Assembly: GCA_052147395.1 (NCBI GenBank)
Contig: JBKQKS010000082.1
Location: 640 to 64,639 of the forward strand
Reading direction: 5' to 3'
Length of the DNA stretch: 64,000 bases
From: Roseiarcus sp.
Lineage (GTDB): Bacteria; Pseudomonadota; Alphaproteobacteria; Rhizobiales; Beijerinckiaceae
This document shows positions 44,564 through 56,594 of the stretch, one piece after another. Positions within the stretch are counted from its first letter, which is position 1; each line of letters starts with the position of its first letter. The notes under the pieces are model-generated. The model was not told the DNA's origin, ran no database searches, and was given only the letters and a program-made list of their open reading frames with translations. Made by a program: the position numbers and the translations under genes.

Positions 44564-44598
44564 GAACCTCGGCGCTGTGAGGCGCCGAGGTTTTTGTC
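44564..44598. terminator. bidirectional rho-independent terminator between convergent genes
   Basis: 'aaaagAACCTCGGCGCtgtgaGGCGCCGAGGTTtttgt': an 11-bp GC-rich stem with A/T tracts on both sides. Confidence 0.75.
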
Positions 44599-44618
44599 GT
44601 TGCGGATCGCGGCGCTGT

Positions 44619-45239
44619 TCAGCGCACCACGACCGGCGTGCCGACGTGAACCCGCGAATAGAGATCGATCACGTCGAGATCACGCATGCGGATGCAGCCC
44701 GACGAAACCGCCTGGCCAATCTCCTCCGGCTCGTTGGTGCCGTGGATGCGGAAAAGCGTATCGTGGCCACCCTGATAGAGGTAGAGCGCGCGCGCGCCGA
44801 GCGGGTTGTCATAGGCCCCGGCGAGCGGACCATGCCGCAGATAGACTTTGAATTCCGGCCAGCGCGACATGATCGAGTAAGTCGGCATCCACTGCGGCCA
44901 TTCCGCCATGGCGCCGACATAGGCGCGGCCGGTCCAGCCATAGGCTTCGGCGCCGGTCGCCACCGGATACTGGATCGCCTGCTTGCCCGGCAGCACGTAA
45001 TAGAGCTTATGCGGGCCGGTATCGACGACGATGGTCCCCGGGTTCTCGCCGGTCGGGTCGGCCACACGTTGGCGTTGCAGCGGGATCGACCATTCCTCGG
45101 GCGGCGCCAGCGCCAGCATCGTCTTGTCGCGCGCGGTCAGCTTCGTGTCCGGCGCCATCTGCCGCGCCGTGTCGACCGGCGAGCAGGCGCCCAAACCGAG
45201 AGCCCCCACCAACGCCAAGCTCACGAGAGATTGCTTCAT
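44619..45239 (-). CDS. L,D-transpeptidase (YkuD domain) lipoprotein
   Basis: 'HGTNEPEEIGQAVSSGCIRM' catalytic block. Lipobox 'LGLGAC' follows the ATG at 45239. Confidence 0.85.
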   Translation of the reverse strand: MKQSLVSLALVGALGLGACSPVDTARQMAPDTKLTARDKTMLALAPPEEWSIPLQRQRVADPTGENPGTIVVDTGPHKLYYVLPGKQAIQYPVATGAEAYGWTGRAYVGAMAEWPQWMPTYSIMSRWPEFKVYLRHGPLAGAYDNPLGARALYLYQGGHDTLFRIHGTNEPEEIGQAVSSGCIRMRDLDVIDLYSRVHVGTPVVVR

Positions 45240-45461
45240 TATAATCCGTCCGCCCTTTTGCCGGAAATTTGCCGCCCGCATACCATATGACGCCGCAAGT
45301 TAACCGCTGGTTTGCCGCGTTGGCAAATTTATCTGCAAGTGTGGCGCCGCTGCGACGCCGCGTCGCCTCTTCCGCAACGGAACCGTAACCACCGCCATTG
45401 CCACGCCGTTCTGCCGCCGCTAGACCGGCGAGAACGCAACGATGGTCGAGGCGGCGCTTCC

Positions 45462-47675
45462 GTGGTGGATCCCGAACTCCTGGTCGACGAGGCTCTCGCC
45501 GTCACGCACGGATTGAAACCGGAGGAATATCAGCGATTCCGGGCGCTGATCGGGCGCACGCCGACCTTCACCGAGCTCGGCATCGTGTCGGCGATGTGGA
45601 ACGAGCACTGCTCGTACAAATCCTCGCGCCTCCATCTCAGGCGGCTGCCGACGCGGGCGCCGTGGGTGATCCAGGGGCCGGGCGAAAATGCCGGCGTGAT
45701 CGCCATCGGCGACGGCGAAGCCTGTGTTTTCAAGATGGAAAGCCACAACCACCCATCGTTCATCGAGCCCTATCAGGGCGCGGCGACGGGCGTCGGCGGA
45801 ATCTTGCGCGATGTGTTCACCATGGGGGCCAGGCCCGTCGCCTGCCTCAATCTGCTGCGATTCGGCTCGCCCGAACATCCCAAGACCCGGCGGCTCGTCG
45901 CCGGCGTGGTGGCCGGAATCGGGCATTACGGCAACGCCTTCGGCGTCCCGACCGTCGGCGGCTCGGTCGGTTTCCACCGGCGTTACGACGGCAACATCCT
46001 CGTCAACGCCATGGCGGTCGGCGTCGCGCGGGCGGACGCGATCTTCTACGCCAAGGCGACGGGCGTCGGGAATCCGATCGTCTATCTCGGCTCCAAGACC
46101 GGGCGCGACGGCATCCATGGCGCGACCATGGCCTCGGCCGCGTTCGAAGCCGACGCCGAGGAGAAGCGGCCGACGGTGCAGGTCGGCGACCCGTTCGCCG
46201 AGAAGCTGCTGCTCGAGGCCTGTCTCGAGCTCATGGCCTCGGGCGCCGTGGTCGCGATCCAGGACATGGGCGCGGCGGGCCTCACCTCTTCGGCGGTCGA
46301 GATGGGCGCCAAGGGCGATCTCGGCGTGGAACTCGACCTCGATCTCGTGCCTTGCCGCGAGCGCGGCATGACGGCCTACGAGATGATGCTGTCGGAGAGC
46401 CAGGAGCGCATGCTGATGGTGCTCCACCCGGAGAAGGCGGACGAAGCGCGGGCGATATTTCGCAAATGGGGGCTCGATTTCGCCGTCATCGGCCGCACGA
46501 CGGACAGCAAGCGCTTCGTCATCAAACATCGGGGCGTCGTCGAGGCCGACCTGCCGATCAAGGAGCTCGGGGACGAGGCGCCGCTCTACGACCGCCCCTG
46601 GATCGCGACGCCGCAGCGGGCGCCGCTCGAAGCGGCCTCCGTGACGCCGTCGCTCTCGATCCGCGACGCGCTCCTCGCGCTCCTCGGCTCGCCGGACCTC
46701 TGTTGTAAACGCTGGGTCTACGAGCAGTACGACTCGCTCATCCTCGGCAACACCGTCGTCGGTCCGGGCGGCGACGCGGCGCTGGTGAGACTCGGCGAAG
46801 GGCCGAAAGGCCTCGCCTTCACGACCGACGTCACCGAACGCTACTGCGAGGCCGACCCGGTCGAGGGCGGCAAGCAGGCGGTCGCCGAAGCCTGGCGCAA
46901 TCTCGTTTGCGTCGGCGCGAGGCCGCTCGCGCTCACCGACAATCTCAATTTCGGCAACCCGGAGAAGGCGGCGGCGATGGGGCAGTTCGTCGGCTGCCTG
47001 CAGGGCATCGGCGACGCGGCGGGGGCGCTCGACTTCCCGATCGTTTCGGGCAACGTGTCGCTCTATAATGAAACGATGGGCGTCGGCATCCTGCCGACCC
47101 CCGCCATCGGCGGCGTCGGCCTCAACCCCGACGTAAAGCGTACGGCGCGCGCGGCGTTCCGGCGCGAAGGTGACGTGGTGCTGCTGATCGGAGGCGCGCC
47201 GGGCTGGATCGGCTGCAGCGCCTGGCTCGCGACTTGCGAGGACCGCGACGAGGGCGCCCCGCCACCGGTCGACCTCGCCGCCGAGCGGCGCCACGGCGAG
47301 TTCGTGCTCGGGCTCATCCAGTCCGGCGCACTCGACAGCGTTCACGACGTCTCCGACGGCGGGCTCGCGGTCGCGCTCGCGGAAATGGCGATCAACGGCG
47401 GCATCGGCGCCCGAATCGCGGCGGACGCGGTTCACGGCCAGCCGCACGCCTTCTTCTTCGGCGAGGATCAGGCGCGATACGTCGCCGCCGCCCCGCGCGA
47501 GACGGCCGAGCGCATCGTCGCCGAGGCGGCGAACGCCGGCGTGCCGGCGCTGGAGCTGGGCGAAACGGGCGGCGCGAGCCTGGACTTGCCGGGCGAAGCG
47601 CCGTTGGCCATCGCCGAGTTGCGAGCCGTGTTCGAATCCTGGTTCCCGGCCTACATGGAGGGATCGAAGCCTTGA
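45462..47675 (+). CDS. purL: phosphoribosylformylglycinamidine synthase subunit PurL
   Basis: '[40 protein letters not shown]'. GTG start at 45462 or 45465, chosen by comparison with typical PurL N-termini. Confidence 0.9.
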   Translation: MVDPELLVDEALAVTHGLKPEEYQRFRALIGRTPTFTELGIVSAMWNEHCSYKSSRLHLRRLPTRAPWVIQGPGENAGVIAIGDGEACVFKMESHNHPSFIEPYQGAATGVGGILRDVFTMGARPVACLNLLRFGSPEHPKTRRLVAGVVAGIGHYGNAFGVPTVGGSVGFHRRYDGNILVNAMAVGVARADAIFYAKATGVGNPIVYLGSKTGRDGIHGATMASAAFEADAEEKRPTVQVGDPFAEKLLLEACLELMASGAVVAIQDMGAAGLTSSAVEMGAKGDLGVELDLDLVPCRERGMTAYEMMLSESQERMLMVLHPEKADEARAIFRKWGLDFAVIGRTTDSKRFVIKHRGVVEADLPIKELGDEAPLYDRPWIATPQRAPLEAASVTPSLSIRDALLALLGSPDLCCKRWVYEQYDSLILGNTVVGPGGDAALVRLGEGPKGLAFTTDVTERYCEADPVEGGKQAVAEAWRNLVCVGARPLALTDNLNFGNPEKAAAMGQFVGCLQGIGDAAGALDFPIVSGNVSLYNETMGVGILPTPAIGGVGLNPDVKRTARAAFRREGDVVLLIGGAPGWIGCSAWLATCEDRDEGAPPPVDLAAERRHGEFVLGLIQSGALDSVHDVSDGGLAVALAEMAINGGIGARIAADAVHGQPHAFFFGEDQARYVAAAPRETAERIVAEAANAGVPALELGETGGASLDLPGEAPLAIAELRAVFESWFPAYMEGSKP

Positions 47676-47902
47676 AGCTCAAACTCATTGCGCTCAAAGC
47701 GCTGGCCGGCTTCAATTACGTGCGGCTCGATAACGTCATCGCGATCGGCGCCACCGAGCAGGGCAAGTGCAACGTATTCCTCACCGGCGGCGTAACGATT
47801 CCCTGCTCTGAGCCCGCCAAAGACGTGATAGCCAAATTCGAAGCCGCTCTCGAAGCGGAAACCAACGAGAAGCGAGACTCCCATGGCCATGGCGAAACAT
47901 GA
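47672..47902 (+). CDS. hypothetical 76-aa protein between purL and bolA
   Basis: TTG overlaps the purL stop. GC3 is moderately high. The 3' end overlaps the bolA start by 20 nt. Confidence 0.35.
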   Translation: MKLKLIALKALAGFNYVRLDNVIAIGATEQGKCNVFLTGGVTIPCSEPAKDVIAKFEAALEAETNEKRDSHGHGET

Positions 47903-48113
47903 AATCGAGGCGATGATCCGCGAGGCGCTGCCGGACGCGACCGTCGAGGTCGACGATCTCGCCGGCGACGGCGAACACTATTCGGCCCGCGTCGTCAGCG
48001 CCGCCTTCGCGGGCAAGAGCCTCGTGCAGCAGCACCAGATCGTCTATGCGGCGCTGAAGGGCCGCATGGGCGGCGTTTTGCACGCGTTGGCGTTGCGCAC
48101 CTCGGCGCCCTAG
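47883..48113 (+). CDS. bolA: BolA-family protein
   Basis: 'HYSARVVSAAFAGKSLVQQHQIVYAAL...GVLHALAL'. 76 aa. Confidence 0.85.
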   Translation: MAMAKHEIEAMIREALPDATVEVDDLAGDGEHYSARVVSAAFAGKSLVQQHQIVYAALKGRMGGVLHALALRTSAP

Positions 48114-48120
48114 CGCCCGT

Positions 48121-48273
48121 CCGGGGGCGCCATTGTGTAGCCGAGGTCCGTCATCCTGAGCTTGTCGAAGGACGACCTCGGTCGGCGCGTAAGCGCCTAA
48201 TTTTGCACGACTCTTCCGAGTGGAAGAAGCGAGGTCAGCGACCTCGCCTACAAGAGCGCCCGGGAATTCGGCC
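48121..48273 (-). repeat. MITE-like palindromic repeat, copy C (inverted relative to copy B)
   Basis: Near-identical by eye to the reverse complement of 20508..20670: 'gccattgtgtagccgaggtccgtcatcctgagcttgtcgaaggacgacctcggtcggcgcgtaagcgcc...'. Confidence 0.85.
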
Positions 48274-48320
48274 CGGTTAGCTGCATACGCCGACACCCAT
48301 TCTGACGACGGGAGGAACCC

Positions 48321-49577
48321 ATGGACTTCGCCTATTCCGCCAAGACCGAGGAATTTCGCGCCCGCGTGCGCGATTTCATGGATCGCTACGTCATCCCCAA
48401 CAACACCCGCTATCGCCGCGAGATCGCGACCGGCGAGCTGCACCCGCTGGTCGTCGACGAGCTAAAGGCGATCGCCAAGTCCGAAGGCCTGTGGAACCTG
48501 TTCCTGCCCGGCCTGAAGCCGGACGAGCCCGGCACGAGGCTCACCAACCTCGAATATGCGCCGCTCGCCGAGATCATGGGCCGGCTCACCTGGGCTTCCG
48601 AAGTGTTCAACTGCGCCGCGCCCGACACCGGCAACATGGAGCTGTTGCACCAGTTCGCCACGCCCGAACAGTACGAACGCTGGCTGAAGCCGCTGCTGGA
48701 GGGCGAGCTCCGTTCCTGCTTCGCGATGAGCGAGCCCGATGTCGCCTCCTCCGACGCCACCAACATCTCCACCCGCATCGAAGCCGACGGCGACGATTAT
48801 GTGATCAATGGCCGCAAGTGGTTCATCACCGGCGCGATGCGGCCGCGCTGCAAAATCGCGATCGTGATGGGGCTCACCAACCCGACCGCCGCGCCGCACC
48901 AGCGCCAGAGCATGGTGCTCGTGCCGATGGATACGCCCGGCGTCAAAGTCGTGCGCAACATCTCGGTCATGAACCATCACTCGATCGAGACGCATTGCGA
49001 AGTGCTGTTGCGCAACGTGCGCGTGCCCAACAGCAATCTGCTCGGCTACGAAGGCAGCGGCTTCGCGCTCGCCCAGGCCCGCCTCGGCCCCGGCCGCATT
49101 CATCACTGCATGCGCATCATCGGCCAGTGCGAGGTCGCGCTCGATCTGATGGTGATGCGCTCCAAGGAGCGCAAGACGTTCGGCAAATATCTGCACGAGC
49201 ACGGCGTCGTCGCCGAGTGGATCGCGATGTCGCGCATCGAGATCGAGCAGGCGAGGCTCTTGGTGCTGAAGGCGGCGTGGATGATCGACAATCTCGGCGC
49301 CAAGGCGGCGGCCGGCGAGATCGCGATGATCAAGGTCGTCGCGCCGCGCATGCAGACGACGATCGTCGATCGCGCCATGCAGACGTTCGGCGCCGCCGGC
49401 CTGTCGCCCGACACGCCGCTCGCCGATCTGTGGACGCACGGCCGCACGCTGCGCTTCGCTGACGGTCCGGACGAAGTGCATCTGCGTTCGCTCGCCAAGC
49501 GCGAGTTGAAGCGCGACCGTTCCAACATCGGCGCGGCCGCCGCCTTCCTCACGCCGCCGCTCGACGTCGATGTCTGA
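48321..49577 (+). CDS. acyl-CoA dehydrogenase family protein
   Basis: 'CFAMSEPDVASSDATNI', 'INGRKWFITGA' and 'QTFGAAG'. 418 aa. Confidence 0.9.
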   Translation: MDFAYSAKTEEFRARVRDFMDRYVIPNNTRYRREIATGELHPLVVDELKAIAKSEGLWNLFLPGLKPDEPGTRLTNLEYAPLAEIMGRLTWASEVFNCAAPDTGNMELLHQFATPEQYERWLKPLLEGELRSCFAMSEPDVASSDATNISTRIEADGDDYVINGRKWFITGAMRPRCKIAIVMGLTNPTAAPHQRQSMVLVPMDTPGVKVVRNISVMNHHSIETHCEVLLRNVRVPNSNLLGYEGSGFALAQARLGPGRIHHCMRIIGQCEVALDLMVMRSKERKTFGKYLHEHGVVAEWIAMSRIEIEQARLLVLKAAWMIDNLGAKAAAGEIAMIKVVAPRMQTTIVDRAMQTFGAAGLSPDTPLADLWTHGRTLRFADGPDEVHLRSLAKRELKRDRSNIGAAAAFLTPPLDVDV

Positions 49578-49805
49578 GTCGAGGCGAGGCAGGCGTGTCT
49601 TCCCCGGGAGCCTGATCCGGCATGGGCAAGCCCAGACGGGGCTCGTCGCCCAATCCCTTCTCCAATTCATCAGGCTCGCTCGAGGCGACTGTGACCTTTT
49701 TCGACTGCGAACGAGGGGGTGGACGGCATGGCTCTGGACGACGGGCGACATACGCGATCCGACACCGTCATCAGTTTACGGAAGCGCCGGCCGAAGGGGC
49801 GACGC

Positions 49806-50375
49806 ATGCCGGAAGGCGTCACTATTCGTGCAAGGGCGCCGCGCGATTGCGATGAACTTTACCAGTTGTTCAACGAGCCCAGTTTTCTCGCAAACGCCCT
49901 GATGCGTGATCCTTTTCGAAGTCCTGCGGAGGTAAACGCTTGGCTGGATGGGTTTATAGCGTCGAAGCGATACGAAGCGGTCGCCGTATCGCAGGGGCGT
50001 TGTATCGGATACGGCGCGCTCTATGTACAGGTCGAACATTTCGACCATTGCGGTATTTTGATGCTCGGGTTTCGGGAGGCCTTTCGCGGAAAGAGGATCG
50101 GCGACACGGTGCTCAGCATGTTGATTGACACCGCACGGCGTGTTTTCGGCTTGAGCAAACTCCAGCTCACGGTTACGACCGACAACGTGGCGGCCATCAA
50201 CCTTTACAAAAAGCATGGCTTCGAAATCGAAGGCCTATACCGGCGCTTCGCTCGCCGGGGCGAGATATTTTGTGACGCCTACGCAATGGCGCTTTTGTTT
50301 AACCCCGAACACTCCGCCGCCTGCGGACCTAGCGCTCCCGCGATCTACGCCGGTCTCGGTCGGCGCGGCGGGTAA
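49806..50375 (+). CDS. GNAT-family N-acetyltransferase
   Basis: 'FRGKRIGDTVL' (acetyl-CoA motif A) and 'NVAAINLYKKHGFEIEG'. Internal ATG at 49806. Confidence 0.8.
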   Translation: MPEGVTIRARAPRDCDELYQLFNEPSFLANALMRDPFRSPAEVNAWLDGFIASKRYEAVAVSQGRCIGYGALYVQVEHFDHCGILMLGFREAFRGKRIGDTVLSMLIDTARRVFGLSKLQLTVTTDNVAAINLYKKHGFEIEGLYRRFARRGEIFCDAYAMALLFNPEHSAACGPSAPAIYAGLGRRGG

Positions 50376-50670
50376 ATCAGCAACGCACGCGCGCCGCCGT
50401 GAACGTGACGCTTTGTTCGCAAATTTTCGATATCATTGATTTGATTTATCTTTGGTGTGCGACAATCGCGCATGAAAGGTTCTCGTCTGCGTCTTCTCCG
50501 GCGCGCCGAGTTCCATCGCGCAGCCTCGGCTGACCCGGGCCATCGGCAGGCATCGATGTTTTCGTCGGTGCGATGGCGGGCTCGCAGTAGGTCGCGTAAC
50601 CCCAGAGATACAAATTTCGGCGTTGATCTCCGGAATCGGGCGCGCAATCGAAGGGGGAGAACGAGCGGGC

Positions 50671-51021
50671 ATGGAGAGGCTGATCAACGCGACGAAATGC
50701 TCCTGGCGAGGGCTGTTGGCCGCGTTGCGATCGGAAGCGGCGTTCCGGCAGGAAAGCGTCGCCTTGCTGTTGGCGATTCCGGCCGCCCTCTTCCTCTCGT
50801 CGGATCCTTGGCGGCGCGTGACGCTCGTCGGCGCCGTGCTATTCGTCATGATCGTGGAACTGCTCAACACGGCCGTCGAGAAGCTGTGCAACCGCGTGAC
50901 AACCGACGAAGATGGCCAGATTGCAACGGTCAAAGACTTGGGCTCCGCCGCAGTAGGTCTTTCCATCCTGCTCGCCCTCGGGCTGTGGCTGGTCGCGGTC
51001 GGCGACAAGCTCGCGCGCTGA
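50671..51021 (+). CDS. dgkA: diacylglycerol kinase
   Basis: 'LINATKCSWRGLLAALRSEAAFRQE' and 'ELLNTAVE'. 116 aa from the ATG at 50671. Confidence 0.85.
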   Translation: MERLINATKCSWRGLLAALRSEAAFRQESVALLLAIPAALFLSSDPWRRVTLVGAVLFVMIVELLNTAVEKLCNRVTTDEDGQIATVKDLGSAAVGLSILLALGLWLVAVGDKLAR

Positions 51022-51171
51022 GCCCGGCGGCCTCGATCCGGAATGCGAGATCGAGCGAGAAGGAGAACCTCCCCCGAAAGGCGCCGTGCCGTAATCGGGG
51101 TCGGCGAATGGAAGCCCGTTTGCAACGACGCGGACGCCGATCGTGCAAGTCAGCGTCAACTGGCCTCGTCG

Positions 51172-53004
51172 CTACGCCAGCGCTTCGAGTTCGGCGATCA
51201 TGCGCTCGATCAGCGACAAGCCGATGCTCCAGAAGCCGGGATCGCGGGCGTCGAGGCCGAACGGCTTCAGCAGCTCGTCGTAGGGCTTCGAGCCTCCGGC
51301 GGAGAGCAGCGCGAAATAGCGCTCGACGAAGCCTTCGTGGGCGTTCTCGTAGACGCCATAGAGCGAGTTCACCAGACAATCGCCGAACGCATAGGCGTAA
51401 ACGTAGAACGGCGAATGGATGAAATGGCCGATATAGGCCCAGTAGGTCTCATAGCCCTCGCCGAGCCGGATCGCCGGTCCGAGGCTCTCCGACTGCACCG
51501 CCATCCAGTGCGCGTCGATCGCCTCCGTGGTCAGCTCACCCTGCTTGCGCGCCTCGTGGATGCGGCGTTCGAACTTGTAGAACGCGATCTGGCGCACCAC
51601 GGTGTTGAGCATGTCCTCGACCTTGGAGGCGAGCATCGACTTCAGCGCCGCTTTGTCCGACGTCTCCGCCAGCAGGGCGCGGAAGGTGAGCATTTCGCCG
51701 AACACCGAGGCGGTCTCGGCGAGCGTCAGCGGCGTCGGCGCCATCAGCGCGCCGTTCGGCGCGGCGAGCACCTGATGCACGCCGTGGCCCAGCTCGTGGG
51801 CCAGCGTCATCACGTCGCGCGGCTTGCCGAGATAGTTGACGAGCACATAAGGATGCGCCGAGGGCGTCGTCGGATGGGCGAAGGCGCCCGGGGCCTTGCC
51901 CGGCCTCACCGGCGCGTCGATCCAGCCCTCGTCGAAGAAGCGGCGCGCGATGTCGGCCATGCGCGGCGAGAAGCCGCGATAGGCGCCGAGCACCGTATCG
52001 CGCGCCTGGTCCCAAGAGAACACGCGCGTCGCGGCGTTCGGCAGCGGCGCATTGCGGTCCCAGTGCTCGAGCCGTTCCTTGCCGAACCAGCGGGCTTTCA
52101 AAGCATAATAGCGGTGCGAAATGCGCGGATAGGCTTCGCTGACGGCGGCCACCAGCGCCTCGACCGTCTCGCGTTCGACCCGGTTGGCGAGATGGCGCGA
52201 GTCGGCGATGTCGTCGAACTTGCGCCAGCGGTCGGAGATCTCCTTATCCTTGGCCAGAGTGTTCATGATCAGCGTGAAAACGCGTAAGTTGGCGCCGAGC
52301 GTCCGGCTCAGCGCATGGGCCGCGGCCTCACGCCGGCTTGCGCTGGGGTCTTGCAATTTGGCGAGCAGCGGCTCGAGCGTCAGCTCCTGCCCCTCGAAGG
52401 GGAAGCGCAGGCTCGCGACCGTTTCGTCGAACAGGCGGTTCCAGGCCGCGACGCCGGTCACCGACTTTTCCAGGAACAGCTGCTCGATGGTTTCGTCGAG
52501 CTGGTGAGGGCGCTCTTTGCGGATGTCCTCGATCCAGGGGCGATAATGCTCGAGCGGCGAACCCTTCATGGCCGCTTCGAGCTCGGCGTCGTCGAGGCGG
52601 TTGAGCTCGAGCTCGAAAAACAGCAGCACGCCGGCGATGTCGGTCACTTTCTCCTGGGCGTCGCCATAGAACTTGGCGCGCGCAGCGTCGCTGGTGTCGC
52701 CGGCGTAGACTAGCGAGGCGTAGGACATCAGCCGCCCCATCAGGTCCTGCAGCGATTCGTAGCCGGCGACGGCCTGCGCGAGCCCGGCGCCAGCCCCATC
52801 GCCGTCGATGAGCAAGGCGAGCTTGCCCTGCCATCGCGCCGCGAAGGCCCTCGCCTCGTCGGCGGCGCGCTGCATGTCGGCGGCGAATTCCGGCGCCTGC
52901 ATGCCGGCGTAGAGGTCCTCGAGCCGCCATTGCGGCAAAGGCCCGAGATCAGCCGGCGCGATGGCGGCGTCGGGCGCGGCGAGGACCTGACGAATCGTAT
53001 TCAT
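51172..53004 (-). CDS. pepF: M3-family oligoendopeptidase F
   Basis: 'LAHELGHGVH' zinc motif. 610 aa. Confidence 0.9.
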   Translation of the reverse strand: MNTIRQVLAAPDAAIAPADLGPLPQWRLEDLYAGMQAPEFAADMQRAADEARAFAARWQGKLALLIDGDGAGAGLAQAVAGYESLQDLMGRLMSYASLVYAGDTSDAARAKFYGDAQEKVTDIAGVLLFFELELNRLDDAELEAAMKGSPLEHYRPWIEDIRKERPHQLDETIEQLFLEKSVTGVAAWNRLFDETVASLRFPFEGQELTLEPLLAKLQDPSASRREAAAHALSRTLGANLRVFTLIMNTLAKDKEISDRWRKFDDIADSRHLANRVERETVEALVAAVSEAYPRISHRYYALKARWFGKERLEHWDRNAPLPNAATRVFSWDQARDTVLGAYRGFSPRMADIARRFFDEGWIDAPVRPGKAPGAFAHPTTPSAHPYVLVNYLGKPRDVMTLAHELGHGVHQVLAAPNGALMAPTPLTLAETASVFGEMLTFRALLAETSDKAALKSMLASKVEDMLNTVVRQIAFYKFERRIHEARKQGELTTEAIDAHWMAVQSESLGPAIRLGEGYETYWAYIGHFIHSPFYVYAYAFGDCLVNSLYGVYENAHEGFVERYFALLSAGGSKPYDELLKPFGLDARDPGFWSIGLSLIERMIAELEALA

Positions 53005-53178
53005 GCGGCGCTGTCTCCGTTTCGAGAGGCTATCTAACGCTCTACGCCCCCAGGTTCAATTCGGCCGGCGCCAAACCGGGAATGCGTTAAGCCAACATTT
53101 ACTCTGTTCGCCCAGTGTATTGGCAAAACAACAAGGCCTCGCAGGCGCACGCCTCGACGGCGGATTCGCGGAAGATTC

Positions 53179-54666
<1,488 letters not shown>

Positions 54667-54767
54667 CGGACGCCCGGGAAAGGCTCGGCGTTCCCTCGGG
54701 GGCGCTGGACAAGGCGCGACGTCGCGGCGCACATTCGCGGACGTCGCCGAGTGCAGGGGTGCGTGCG

Positions 54768-56435
54768 ATGGGGCGTTCGGCGCCGACGAGGCGAATTGGG
54801 GTTGCGATTTTCGCGGTTCTGATGACCGTCGCAGGCGCGCGGGCCGAAGATGCGGATCTGTTCTCGGCGGCTGCGGCCGGCGCGGTGCTCGAGGTTCCCG
54901 CCGCCGCGCCGAACATCGACCCTGCCCCGATCGGCACGGTGAAATCGGACCCGAACGCGCCGCCGGAGCCGCAATTGCCCCCGGAGGCGCCGGCCGCGAC
55001 CTCCGGTGACGCCGAGCCGCCGCCGCCGTCGACTGCGGACCGCCTGCCGTTCGCGATCGACGCTCTGATGGCGCGGCCCGGCGGCCTCATCGCGCTCGGG
55101 GCCGGCAATTGGCGCGCGGCGCGCGAAGCCGTGCAGGAATTCTACGTCTCCCGCCATTTCGTCCCCGCCTGGACCGACGCCGGCGGGCTCACGAGCGCCG
55201 GGCGCTCGGCGCTCGAGCGCATTTCCCGTGCGGCCGACGACGGTCTCGACCTCGCCGGCCTTGCGCTCCCTCCGCCCGATTTCGTCTCCATCGACGCCGA
55301 CGCGCTCGCCAAGGCGGAAGTCGATATCGCGGACGCGGTTGTCGTCTATGCGCTCGAGGCGAGCGGCGCGCGCATCCGGCCGTCGTCGATATCCCCGCTC
55401 GTCGCCGACGGCGCCGAAGTCGCCAATCCCCTAGCGGCGCTCGCGGCCGTCGCCGCGGCCCCCGATCCCGACGCCGCTCTGCAGGCGTTCAACCCGCCGC
55501 AGGAAGCCTACCGCCGCCTGCGCGACAAATTGTCGCAACTGCCGGCCCCCAAGGCCATGACTCGCGCCGCCGAGCGCGCGAGCCTCGAACCGGAATCCGC
55601 GCGGTTGATCCGCTCGCGTCTCGGGGAAGCCGAATATGTCGGGGCGCATGGCCGACGCTTCGCCGCGGCCGGCGTTTCGGACGCGGTAAACGTCGCCCTC
55701 GCCGGCGGCGACGAACCGCGCCGCCTCGCGATCCTCGCCAACATGGAGATGTGGCGCTGGGAGCCGCGCGACATGGGGGCGAGCCGCGTCGAAATCAACG
55801 TTCCCGATTATTCGCTCAGTCTGTTCGAGAACGGCGCCGAGAGCGCCCGCGCCCGCGTCATCGTCGGCAAGCCGGACACGCCGACGCCGATCTTTTCCGG
55901 CGCCATCAAATATCTGGTCGTCAACCCGATCTGGCGCGTGCCGGAATCGATCGTGAAAAAGGAGATGCTGCCGCATTTGGCGGCCGATCCCGACTATCTC
56001 GCCCGCCACGGCTACACGGTCAAATATGTCGGCAACCAGATGTTCGTCGAGCAGCCGCCGGGCCAAGACAACGCGCTGGGACGGATCCTGTTCATGTTCC
56101 CGAACTCGTTTTCGGTCTATCTCCACGACACGCCGGCGCGCGGATTGTTCGCCGCTCAGAGGCGGGCCTTCAGCCATGGCTGCATTCGCGTCGAGGAACC
56201 GATGAAGCTGGCCGTTGCGGTGATGGGCGGCGCCGCGAATGGTTGGTCGACGAAGAAGGTCGAAGGCCTGATCGGTCCCAACGAGCGCGCCGTCTTCGTT
56301 CCGGCGCCGCTGCCGATCCACATCGAGTACTTCACCGAATTCGTCGACAGCGGGGGCGCGTTGCGCGAGCGTGACGACATTTACGGCTTGACGGCGCGCG
56401 TGGCTGCGACACTTTCCCGCTTGGGTCAAGATTGA
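54768..56435 (+). CDS. YcbB/LdtD-like L,D-transpeptidase with peptidoglycan-binding domain
   Basis: Signal peptide 'IFAVLMTVAGARA'. 'VYLHDTPARGLFAAQRRAFSHGCIRV' YkuD catalytic block. ATG at 54768 within the listed ORF. Confidence 0.85.
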   Translation: MGRSAPTRRIGVAIFAVLMTVAGARAEDADLFSAAAAGAVLEVPAAAPNIDPAPIGTVKSDPNAPPEPQLPPEAPAATSGDAEPPPPSTADRLPFAIDALMARPGGLIALGAGNWRAAREAVQEFYVSRHFVPAWTDAGGLTSAGRSALERISRAADDGLDLAGLALPPPDFVSIDADALAKAEVDIADAVVVYALEASGARIRPSSISPLVADGAEVANPLAALAAVAAAPDPDAALQAFNPPQEAYRRLRDKLSQLPAPKAMTRAAERASLEPESARLIRSRLGEAEYVGAHGRRFAAAGVSDAVNVALAGGDEPRRLAILANMEMWRWEPRDMGASRVEINVPDYSLSLFENGAESARARVIVGKPDTPTPIFSGAIKYLVVNPIWRVPESIVKKEMLPHLAADPDYLARHGYTVKYVGNQMFVEQPPGQDNALGRILFMFPNSFSVYLHDTPARGLFAAQRRAFSHGCIRVEEPMKLAVAVMGGAANGWSTKKVEGLIGPNERAVFVPAPLPIHIEYFTEFVDSGGALRERDDIYGLTARVAATLSRLGQD

Positions 56436-56594
56436 ACTGGCAGAAAAGTCCGTCTATAGGGCTCGCTAGTGTTCTTTTCCCGGGGGCGTGACGCCCGGGG
56501 CACATAATCAACAAATCCGCGTCGCGTTTGTCGGCGCCGACATTCGAAGGGCTAGACTTCGACGTTCGGCGCACAGGGGTAGAAAGGAAGGGGT